Assembly: GCA_045636085.1 (NCBI GenBank) | Contig: JAZTWU010000078.1 | Span: forward strand, 1 to 43,562 | Origin: Eubacteriales bacterium | GTDB lineage: Bacteria; Bacillota; Clostridia; Oscillospirales; CAG-272 | Length of the DNA: 43,562 nucleotides | Direction: 5' to 3' | Shown: piece after piece, positions 27,612 to 35,602 of the stretch | How the letters are laid out: every line of letters starts with the position of its first letter | Numbering within the stretch: the first letter of the stretch is position 1 | Notes under the pieces: model-generated | Told to the model about the DNA's origin: nothing | What the model saw: only the letters and a program-made list of their open reading frames with translations | The model's database searches: none | Made by a program: the position numbers and the translations under genes

Positions 27612-28931
27612 TTAAACGCCGACCTCGGCCGTCTCGGCGGCCTGTGCCACCTCGATGCGCAGCTTGTGCGCCTTGGAGATGACGAATTGCATCACCAGCG
27701 TCACGATGAGCATAATGCCCGCGCAAACGAAGAGGATGGGCGTATAGGTGCCAACGATATCGAAGCAGAGGTTTACGGCAGGCGTTCCAAGCGCATAGCC
27801 CGTAACGTTCACCGAAACGAAGAGACCGAGCACCTTTTCATAGGAATGCTCTCCGAAAAGATCGGAGGCATAAATGGGAAGCATAATCGTCTCCAGCGGA
27901 AGTGCCAGAGAGGAGAAAATGCTGTAAATCATCGCGATCATCATACCGATGGGGGAATTCGTGATCACAGCAAGCAGGAAGATTACGACCGCCGCCGTGA
28001 TGGAGCACATGCTCGTGGTGAATCGAAGCCCAAGCTTATCGTAGATCACGCCCGTGAGAAACTTGAAGCCTGCCAGCGCCAGCGAATGGAAGCTCATCGC
28101 ATATGCAACGTATTCTGCCGAAAGGCCAACGTCGCGCATATGCGCCTTGGCAATACCCGTGATGCCCTGAAGGCAAAATCCCGTGAGGAAGATGCAAACG
28201 AGAGCGATATAGAAATAGGACATCTTGGTGGCCCTGCTGTACGGAATTCCGGGCCAAGGTTCGCCGCGCCCCTTTTTCTTTTTGTGCACGGTCTTGCTTT
28301 CGGTATAGTATTTGGGGGATTCCTTCATAAAGATCAGCACGAGGATGCCAACGGCGAGCACCGCAACGCCGGAGATAAAATAAGCGTTTCGGTAGCTTTC
28401 TCCGCCCGCCTCAATGATGGGGGAGAGAATCTGGATGGCGATCGCTCCGCCGATACCGTTGGCGGCAAGCACCGCGCCCATAATCGTGCCGCGGTTTTCC
28501 TTGCACCATTTGTTAACCACACAGCCGATCATCGTCGTTCCCGTCCAGGAAAATCCGATGCCGAGCAAAACGCCTCCGAGATAGAACATAAAGAGGTTAT
28601 TTGCAAGCGCGTAGCAGGCCATCGAGCCGGCAAGTGCGGCGATGCCCGCCAGCATCAGATTCTTCGTTCCGAATTTAAAGACGAGCGCGCCGAAGAAAAG
28701 GTTCACGATCGCGTTTGCTATGTAGCGGAAGGTATCGTTTAAGGAGAAGAGACTGCGGTCGATGCCGAGCTTTTTCGTCACAACATCGAGATAAAGGCTT
28801 TTCGTGGAGCTGCAAAAGCCCAGCGTGATCATCACGGTGAGAAAGCAAACGCCAACGACGATCCATTTATAATCGAGGCGGAAGCCACTGCTCTTTTGCA
28901 GGCCTTTTAAATTTTTGTTTTTTTCTTCCAA
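27612..28931 (-). CDS. MFS transporter (OFA-like)
   Basis: About 12 TM segments, VNKWCKENRGTIMG and GVIYDKLG. TTG start after GGAGG. Confidence 0.88.
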   Translation of the reverse strand: MEEKNKNLKGLQKSSGFRLDYKWIVVGVCFLTVMITLGFCSSTKSLYLDVVTKKLGIDRSLFSLNDTFRYIANAIVNLFFGALVFKFGTKNLMLAGIAALAGSMACYALANNLFMFYLGGVLLGIGFSWTGTTMIGCVVNKWCKENRGTIMGAVLAANGIGGAIAIQILSPIIEAGGESYRNAYFISGVAVLAVGILVLIFMKESPKYYTESKTVHKKKKGRGEPWPGIPYSRATKMSYFYIALVCIFLTGFCLQGITGIAKAHMRDVGLSAEYVAYAMSFHSLALAGFKFLTGVIYDKLGLRFTTSMCSITAAVVIFLLAVITNSPIGMMIAMIYSIFSSLALPLETIMLPIYASDLFGEHSYEKVLGLFVSVNVTGYALGTPAVNLCFDIVGTYTPILFVCAGIMLIVTLVMQFVISKAHKLRIEVAQAAETAEVGV

Positions 28932-28972
28932 GGGGAAAAACCTCCGAAATATCCAAAAAGTGAAGAAGTGAA

Positions 28973-29647
28973 TCAGAAATCAAGGATTGTCTTATCGCCG
29001 TAAACGCCCTTCCAGTCCTTCTTGAAGCCTTCGATGGCGGCGTCGGTCATCGGGTGCGTCACGAGGCTTTTGAGAATGTCATCGGAAACGGTAACGCTGT
29101 GGCATCCGGCCATTTCGCATTTATGCACCTGCTCGGCATTTTTGAAGCTTGCGGCGAGAACCTTGCAGTCCAGTCCGTAGGTCTTCAGAAGGTTCACGGT
29201 TTCCGCAACGACGGCACAGCCGTCGCCGAGGATGTTGTCAAGACGGTTTGCATAAGGTGCAACGAAGGAGGCACCTGCGACGGCGGCAAGAAGCGCCTGC
29301 GCGGGGGTGAAGATGGCCGTGATGGTCACGGGAATGCCCATCTTCTTCAGTATCATCGTTGCCTTCAGACCTTCCTCACCGATCGGGATTTTGATGAAGA
29401 AGTTCCCTCCGAGCCGCTCCTTCAGAAGTTGTGCCTCACGGATGATGTCCTCGGCGGTTTCCTGCGTGGTCTGCACGTGGAGCATTTTCTCGGGGCCGAT
29501 AATTCTGCGGATCTCTTCAAGAAGCGGCCAAAAGTCGGTCTTTTCCTTGGAGATGATCGTGGGGTTGGTCGTCACGCCCGCAAGGGGGTAAAATTCGTTG
29601 CAATGTCTGATTGCGTTAAGATCTGCGGTGTCGAGTATGTAAATCAT
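28973..29647 (-). CDS. fsa: Fructose-6-phosphate aldolase-type member of the transaldolase family
   Basis: ILDTAD, GVTTNP, IKIP (Schiff-base Lys) and LAASFK. Has the FSA-type Gln (HVQT) and Tyr (APYANR) rather than the transaldolase Glu/Phe. Confidence 0.85.
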   Translation of the reverse strand: MIYILDTADLNAIRHCNEFYPLAGVTTNPTIISKEKTDFWPLLEEIRRIIGPEKMLHVQTTQETAEDIIREAQLLKERLGGNFFIKIPIGEEGLKATMILKKMGIPVTITAIFTPAQALLAAVAGASFVAPYANRLDNILGDGCAVVAETVNLLKTYGLDCKVLAASFKNAEQVHKCEMAGCHSVTVSDDILKSLVTHPMTDAAIEGFKKDWKGVYGDKTILDF

Positions 29648-29660
29648 ATCAAGGTCCTCT

Positions 29661-31019
29661 TTATTCGGTAACGAAGTCTACGGCAATGCCAAGGATCGAG
29701 CAAAGGTTCTTGATGCTCTTTCTGTTGTCTCCGTAGGTGATAATATAGTGCTGGCAGGCAACGTTGTCTGCAAATTTTTCAACGTCGCCGATCTTGATCT
29801 CCAGCGCGGAAAGCTGAGGCGCGGGTGCATCCCAGCCGCATTCCTCCCATTTCGGAGGATTCTTTCCTTCGCCGAGGATCACCTGCATCGTGTACTTTCC
29901 GTCCTTATAAACGAGACGGCACATCGTCACGGTTCCGGTCTTCACCTTGGAAACGTTCAGAATGCCCTGAGAGAGCAGGCCGAAGGCCGCGGGAAGCACG
30001 GTGTAGGTCTCGCCGTCCACCATATCGGCGGCAACGAAGTCGGGAACGCCGGCAAGAACGCTCTCCTCGAAGAACTCGTAAAATTCAAGATAGCCCGCAA
30101 GCTGTCCGGTCAAGCGGTGCATCATCAGCTGGGTAACGGCGCCGAGGGAGTCGTTCTCGGGCACGGTGGTGTAGCCATCCTCGGAGAGGAGCATAAAGAT
30201 GGGCGCGGGCGGGAAGCCGCAGAGCTTCTTCATTCCGTCCACATCCTTCAAAGAGATCGCCTTATAGCCTCTCTCGTCTGCAATGGCCTTCACGGCGAGA
30301 TAATAGCCTGCGGCCTTCATCATCGCCTCCTCGTTTGCGGGCTTGAGGAAGTTCCACTTGAGGATTCTTCCGTTCACGATCTCGCGCTTCTGTGCGTCGG
30401 AGAGAGCCTCGTATCTCTGCTGGATCTCCAGCATTTCGAAGGTCTCGATCTCGATGCCCGTCTGCTTCTTGAGCGAAAGGCCGTCGTAAAGCGTGCCGTA
30501 AAGGTTCATATCGCGGTAGCCTGCCATGCCCACCTTGTCCGTGAGCAGCTGCTTTGCGGCGATCGCGGCGCGGCAGTAGTCTGCAACCTCTGCGCTTCTG
30601 GTCTTCTTGCCGATGATGTCGTAAACGTATTTAAACTTGTAGCCGAGGCCCTCAAAGGTGCCGCGCAGGCCCGTCGTTCCTGCCTGATCGGCGGTCGTCA
30701 CAAGTCTGTCGCCCTCATACCAGCCGCAAAGTCCCCAAAGAACCATAGGCAGGTGGCGATAGTGCTCGGTCACCTTCACAACGGCGTGCGTGGGAATCCA
30801 GCCCGCAATGCAGACAACGAGCGCATCGAAGCTCTCCTTTGCCAGCGCATTCACGGCGCTCTTCACCTGCGTTTCCTCGTAATCGTCTGCCACGGGGTAA
30901 ACCGAAACGAGCTCAAGTCCCTCGTCCTTCAGTGCCTTTTCAGCGGCAGAGCATTTTCTGATGATCACGTCCACGGGGGTGTTTACCTCGCCGAAACCGA
31001 TAAATCCTATTTTAGCCAT
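29661..31019 (-). CDS. L-fucose/L-arabinose isomerase-family sugar isomerase
   Basis: N-terminal IGFIGFG, central PENDSLGAVT (E-x-D metal motif), TVTMCRL and C-terminal QHYIITYGD. ATG 31019 follows AAGGA. Confidence 0.7.
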   Translation of the reverse strand: MAKIGFIGFGEVNTPVDVIIRKCSAAEKALKDEGLELVSVYPVADDYEETQVKSAVNALAKESFDALVVCIAGWIPTHAVVKVTEHYRHLPMVLWGLCGWYEGDRLVTTADQAGTTGLRGTFEGLGYKFKYVYDIIGKKTRSAEVADYCRAAIAAKQLLTDKVGMAGYRDMNLYGTLYDGLSLKKQTGIEIETFEMLEIQQRYEALSDAQKREIVNGRILKWNFLKPANEEAMMKAAGYYLAVKAIADERGYKAISLKDVDGMKKLCGFPPAPIFMLLSEDGYTTVPENDSLGAVTQLMMHRLTGQLAGYLEFYEFFEESVLAGVPDFVAADMVDGETYTVLPAAFGLLSQGILNVSKVKTGTVTMCRLVYKDGKYTMQVILGEGKNPPKWEECGWDAPAPQLSALEIKIGDVEKFADNVACQHYIITYGDNRKSIKNLCSILGIAVDFVTE

Positions 31020-31084
31020 GGTAAAAATCCTTTCAAATTTTTTTGTGCTTTTGCGCCTTTGGGCGCATAGAGGAAAATCCTCTT

Positions 31085-32482
31085 TCAGTTGTTCAGAAGC
31101 TTGTCGTATGCAAGGTAGCGCGCGTAGCACTCGCTGTAATCCACGCCGCGACTTTCAAAAACCTTGTCAAGCTCAATTTTTTGCGCCGCAGCTTCAACGC
31201 TCTCGAAGGCACCGATGCCAACCGCGGCTAAAATGGCCGAGCCGAGGCAGGCGGTTTCCTTGTTTTTCAGCGTCACGAGGCGCTTATTTGTCATATCTGC
31301 CTTCATCTGGCACCAAAGGGGGCTGTTTGCACCGCCACCCATTGCGCGGATCTCGTCCACGGAAAGACCGAGATAATCCAGATTGGACTTCAGCATACAG
31401 GCAACCGATTCCATCACGGCACGAACGAAGTGCGCGCGTGTGTGCTCGGTCGTCAGCCCCGTGAAGCTACCGCGTGCGGCAGGGTTGTATTTCGGCATCG
31501 TCGATCCGCAAAGGTAGGGAAGGAAGGTGAGTCCGTCGCTTCCTGCGCTCACGCTCTCGGCAAGTGCGTCGAGCTCGCGGAAGGAGAAGCTTTCGCAAAG
31601 CGCGTTTTTGAACCATTTGAGTGCCATACCCGCCGTCGGTGTCCAGGAAAGAAGGCAATATTTGTCGTCGTAGTTATAGTGGCAAGGAACGATGCTTTTT
31701 GCATCGTATGCGGGAACGGTTTCGGAGGGGAGGAAGATCACCATCGTCGTTCCCGTCATCACGCTGACGGTGCCCTGCTTGACAACGCCCGCGCCGATGG
31801 CGCCCGCGATCTGATCGACGGCGCCCGTAACGACTCTCGCTCCCTCGTTTTCTCCACCCTCGACCGCGCTGGAATAAAGCGCGGGGAGCATATCCCTTGA
31901 AACGCCGATGAAATCCAGCATTTCATCCCACCAACAGGCCTTGTGAATGTCAAAATAAATGGTGGAGGACTGAAGGGTTTTTTCCGAAATGAATTTGCCC
32001 GTCATTTTATAAAGGATCCAGTCCTCAAGCAAAAAGACCTTTTTCGTTTTTGCAAAAACCTCGGGCTCGTTACGCTTCACCCAAAGAAGCTTGCAGGCAG
32101 GCCAGGTCGCGGTGATCTCGGGCTGACCCGTGATCTCGTAAACGCGCTGATGGCCGAAATGCTCCTCGATGATCTTCGCCTCCTCCACGGCGCGGTTGTC
32201 CAGCCAAACGATGGCAGGGCGCACGGGCGTTCCGTTTTCGTCGGTGAGAATCAGCGTTTCGCATTGCGTGTCCACGGCAAGCGCATCAAGAGAAAGCTCG
32301 GCCTTGATCTTTTCAAGCTCACCCTTCACGATTTCCCAATATTTTTCGCCGTCAAATTCCACGGTGTCGCCGTGTGCATCCAGCGTGTAATCGGCGGTGA
32401 GGGAAATTTTCTGCTCCAGAGCCTCGTTGAAGACCGCGGTTTTCACCGAGGTCGTTCCAATGTCGATTCCGCAAAAATTCAT
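31085..32482 (-). CDS. FGGY-family carbohydrate kinase (xylulokinase-like)
   Basis: GIDIGTTSVK, PAIVWLDNRA, GAVDQ, FLPYL.G...P, GGGANSPLWCQMKAD and LGSAILA. Confidence 0.92.
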   Translation of the reverse strand: MNFCGIDIGTTSVKTAVFNEALEQKISLTADYTLDAHGDTVEFDGEKYWEIVKGELEKIKAELSLDALAVDTQCETLILTDENGTPVRPAIVWLDNRAVEEAKIIEEHFGHQRVYEITGQPEITATWPACKLLWVKRNEPEVFAKTKKVFLLEDWILYKMTGKFISEKTLQSSTIYFDIHKACWWDEMLDFIGVSRDMLPALYSSAVEGGENEGARVVTGAVDQIAGAIGAGVVKQGTVSVMTGTTMVIFLPSETVPAYDAKSIVPCHYNYDDKYCLLSWTPTAGMALKWFKNALCESFSFRELDALAESVSAGSDGLTFLPYLCGSTMPKYNPAARGSFTGLTTEHTRAHFVRAVMESVACMLKSNLDYLGLSVDEIRAMGGGANSPLWCQMKADMTNKRLVTLKNKETACLGSAILAAVGIGAFESVEAAAQKIELDKVFESRGVDYSECYARYLAYDKLLNN

Positions 32483-32603
32483 AAAAGTCTCCATTCTGTC
32501 GCGGTCAGCGACTGCAGCCGCGCGATCCCCCGCCGCAGAGGGCAGGGGATGCGCTGATGTTTTTTTCGGCCGAGTGCTCGGCCGATGCAAAGAATAAAGC
32601 CGA

Positions 32604-33224
32604 TTATCTCTTCAGCTGAAGGTCGTAGTGAATATCGTAAGCCTTCTCCTCGTCGGTGAACTTGTGAAGGGTGTTCACAACCTCGCCGCCGTTCCACTTG
32701 CGATCCTCAACGTCCTCGGTCGTACCCATAACGGTAACGTTCAGCTGGCGACGGCGTGCGCGCACGTGATCCCAGTCAACGAAATAGATGTGGGCAAATT
32801 CGCCGCCATCAAGAACGCCATCCTTGATGGTCATTGCTTCGCTTCTGCCGAAGAAAACGGAGCGAAGGTGGCCGTCGGTATTCATAGAGGTGTAGTCACC
32901 GGGCTCGTTCACGTATCTGCCGAACTTGGAGTGGATGGGGCCGGGATGACGGTAGTCGCCCTCGTTCACGTAATCGGGGATCATCTTTCTCATAATGTCG
33001 AGAAGGTCGTGCTGAAGAAACTCGAGATCGAAGGAATCGATGTCGTGGGAGCACTCCTGGATCATAACGGAGCAGGTGGTGTGGTGGGATGCAAGGGTAA
33101 CGGTTCCGTTCTTAATGCCGGAAGCCTTCACGATCTCGATAACCTCCTTGGAAACATCGTGGAAGGTGGGGATCCAACCTCTGCTCTGCAGCTCAATCTC
33201 TTTCTGAAAAACCTTGAATTCCAT
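32604..33224 (-). CDS. YjbQ/UPF0047 family protein
   Basis: SGIKNG...HHTTCSVMIQE, YRH, NTDGHLRS and IYFVDWD motifs. Confidence 0.85.
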   Translation of the reverse strand: MEFKVFQKEIELQSRGWIPTFHDVSKEVIEIVKASGIKNGTVTLASHHTTCSVMIQECSHDIDSFDLEFLQHDLLDIMRKMIPDYVNEGDYRHPGPIHSKFGRYVNEPGDYTSMNTDGHLRSVFFGRSEAMTIKDGVLDGGEFAHIYFVDWDHVRARRRQLNVTVMGTTEDVEDRKWNGGEVVNTLHKFTDEEKAYDIHYDLQLKR

Positions 33225-33269
33225 GGTAAAAATCTCCTTTTAATATGTATTGTTTTTTTGATAGCAAAA

Positions 33270-33872
33270 TTATTTTTTCTCGGCGTTGAGTCGCTCGCCG
33301 ATAGCGCCGCCGGGATGGATCACGGCGAATTGCTCGTTCTGATAGCCCGTTTCCTCGATCAGCGCCGTCTGCAATGCGTGGAAGATCATAGCAAGCGCGG
33401 TGGAGGAGGTCGTTCCCTGCGAGTTGTATTTGTCCGTCTCGCGGTTCACGTATTGCTTCAGCACGACGTCTGCTCCCAAAGCAAGGGGGGAGGTGAGGTT
33501 TTCGGTCACGGTGATGACCTTCACGCCCTTTTTCTTGCAGATCTCAAGAATGGGGAGAAGCTCGCCCGTTTTTCCGCCGCGGGATGCAAGCAGCATCACG
33601 TCGCCCGCCTGCAAAAATCCCATCGCGCCGTGCACCGCCTCCGCAGGGGAAACGAAGCGCGCGGGCTGCTCGATACAGCACATCAGGTGCGCAAAGTGCC
33701 GGCACATAATGCCGGAATGACCGCAGCCTGCCGCACCGATGCGGGGCGCATCCTTCAGGAGTGCAACCGCCTTGGAGAAGGCCTCCTCGTCAAAATAATC
33801 GAGCATTCCCTTGATGCATTCGTATTCGATCTCGTAAGCCGCCTTGGCGGCGATCAAAGCTTCCTTTTTCAT
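33270..33872 (-). CDS. SIS-domain sugar-phosphate isomerase, KdsD/GutQ-like, lacking CBS domains
   Basis: GCGHSG, PAEAVHGAMG, SRGGKTGE, TTSST and HPGG.IG. Confidence 0.88.
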   Translation of the reverse strand: MKKEALIAAKAAYEIEYECIKGMLDYFDEEAFSKAVALLKDAPRIGAAGCGHSGIMCRHFAHLMCCIEQPARFVSPAEAVHGAMGFLQAGDVMLLASRGGKTGELLPILEICKKKGVKVITVTENLTSPLALGADVVLKQYVNRETDKYNSQGTTSSTALAMIFHALQTALIEETGYQNEQFAVIHPGGAIGERLNAEKK

Positions 33873-33889
33873 CTTGGTCTCCTTGCGCC

Positions 33890-34591
33890 TTAAGCGTGAA
33901 GCTCATCCCAGGCCTTGCGCAGGTTGTAGAGCATCTCCTCTACCATTGCATAAGGATCCTTCGCCTTGAGAACGCCGCTGGTCGAGCCCGTAGCCTGTGC
34001 GCCGAGCTTGATCGTGTTGTAAACGTCCTGTCCGTTCGAAATGCCCGCGCCCTGGAGCACCATAATATCGGGGTTGATCTCGCGCACGGTCTTGATCGTC
34101 TCGATCACGTAGTTGGAGTCGCTCGTCGTTCCCGTTCCGATCAGCTCGGTCGGCTCTGCAACGATGAGGTTCGGCGCCATTTTCGCAATGCGCTTCACAT
34201 CCTCCACAGTGTCGGCACAAACGATGGTTGCAAGTCCAACCTCGTCTGCGCGGCGGATGGTCTTTTCCAGCGTTTCCATATCAAGGGGCTTCTCGGCGTG
34301 GTTCAGCATAACGCCCTTGGCGCCTGCCGCCTTCACAGCCTCGGGAAGAACGCTTCCGAGACCTCTTCCGGGCACGAGCGCATCCATATGCTGTGCGAAA
34401 ACGAGAATTCTTTCGGTGTTCTCGGCCAGCATCTGAATGTCGGTGTATTGAGGGGTGACGATCACGTCCACATCGTATTTCATCGCCGTCTTATCGATCA
34501 CCTTTGCGAGCTTCAGCATCGCCTCGCCCCAAATGATCGCTTTCGGGCCGATCTCAAAAAACGGGGGCTTGATGTCAAAATTCTTAAGCAT
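33890..34591 (-). CDS. Archaeal-type triose-phosphate isomerase family protein (second, divergent TIM)
   Basis: VFAQHMD, GVMLNHAE, AEPTELIGTG, GAGIS and SGVLKAKDP. N-terminal GPK replaces NxK. Confidence 0.85.
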   Translation of the reverse strand: MLKNFDIKPPFFEIGPKAIIWGEAMLKLAKVIDKTAMKYDVDVIVTPQYTDIQMLAENTERILVFAQHMDALVPGRGLGSVLPEAVKAAGAKGVMLNHAEKPLDMETLEKTIRRADEVGLATIVCADTVEDVKRIAKMAPNLIVAEPTELIGTGTTSDSNYVIETIKTVREINPDIMVLQGAGISNGQDVYNTIKLGAQATGSTSGVLKAKDPYAMVEEMLYNLRKAWDELHA

Positions 34592-34630
34592 AAAAATCCT
34601 CCTGAAAATTTTAAATTATTACACATAATA

Positions 34631-34746
34631 ATTATACAACCGCGCCCCTTGCTTGTCAAGAAAAAACTTTTTTATTCTTTCGTTTTTTTAAAATCCGCAA
34701 GAAAAACGAAAGTTTTATTGACAAAAACGAAAGACGATGCTATACT
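34631..34746. promoter_or_regulatory. Divergent sigma-A promoters with three AAAAACGAAAG operator-like boxes
   Basis: Minus strand: TTGACA(34659-34654)-17 bp-TATAAT. Plus strand: TTGACA(34718)-17 bp-TATACT. Boxes at 34677-34687 (inverted), 34702-34712 and 34723-34733. Confidence 0.8.
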
Positions 34747-34778
34747 AAGAAAAAAGAGGAAGGGAAAAGGTGCATTTT

Positions 34779-35537
34779 ATGACCTCGGAGCAGAGAAAAG
34801 AGAAGATTTTGCAGCTTCTGAAGGAGAACGGAACCGTGCGCGTCACGAGCCTCAGCCGCCTTTTCGGTGTCAGCGAGGTAACGGTGCGCGCCTATCTTGA
34901 GGATATGGAGGGGAAGGGGCTTCTTTCCCGCGTGCACGGCGGTGCGGTGAGCACCTATAAGCCTTATTACAGTATGAATCTCGGCCAGCGCCTGGAGGCC
35001 AACCAAAGGGCGAAGGTTGCGATCGCGGAGCGCATCAGCGCGCTGATCCAGCCAAACGATACCGTGATGCTGAACGCAGGAACCACCACGCTTCTCGTTT
35101 TTCGCCGATTTCCCGCCGAATATAATCTCACGATCGTCACGAATTCGATCTCCATTGCCTTGGAGGCCTCGGGCAATCCGAATTACACGGTGATTTTGGC
35201 GGGCGGATCGGTGAATACGAAATATCAGTTCACCCACGGAAGCGATACCGTTGCCCAGCTGAAGCGCTATCACGCGGATAAGCTGATCCTCTCGGTGGAC
35301 GGGATTTCGACCGAGCAGGGCTTCACGACCTATTATAACACCGAGGCGCCTGTGGCGGAGGCAATGCTGGCACAGTCGGATTGCTGTATCGTTGCGGCCG
35401 ACCGATCGAAATTCGGCCATAGCGCCCTTGCCAAGATCTCGGAGCTTTCGGTGGCGGATTATATCGTAACGAGCGAGCGCCCCTCGGCAGAGCTTTCCGA
35501 GGCGCTGGCGGAAAACGGCGTCACGGTCTTGTTTTGA
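34779..35537 (+). CDS. DeoR/GlpR family transcriptional regulator
   Basis: RKEKIL...VSEVTVRAYL...RVHGGA HTH, followed by AGTTT, VTNS and ADRSKFG sensor-domain motifs. Confidence 0.95.
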   Translation: MTSEQRKEKILQLLKENGTVRVTSLSRLFGVSEVTVRAYLEDMEGKGLLSRVHGGAVSTYKPYYSMNLGQRLEANQRAKVAIAERISALIQPNDTVMLNAGTTTLLVFRRFPAEYNLTIVTNSISIALEASGNPNYTVILAGGSVNTKYQFTHGSDTVAQLKRYHADKLILSVDGISTEQGFTTYYNTEAPVAEAMLAQSDCCIVAADRSKFGHSALAKISELSVADYIVTSERPSAELSEALAENGVTVLF

Positions 35538-35557
35538 TACGCCGCGGAAAATTGCAT

Positions 35558-35597
35558 AAAAAACGGGCTCGCTCTTGCTTTTCGCTTGAGCGAGCCC
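35558..35597. terminator. Hairpin between convergent genes (terminator for the minus-strand gene)
   Basis: GGGCTCGCTC / GAGCGAGCCC preceded by an A-run. Confidence 0.65.
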
Positions 35598-35602
35598 TGC
35601 GT

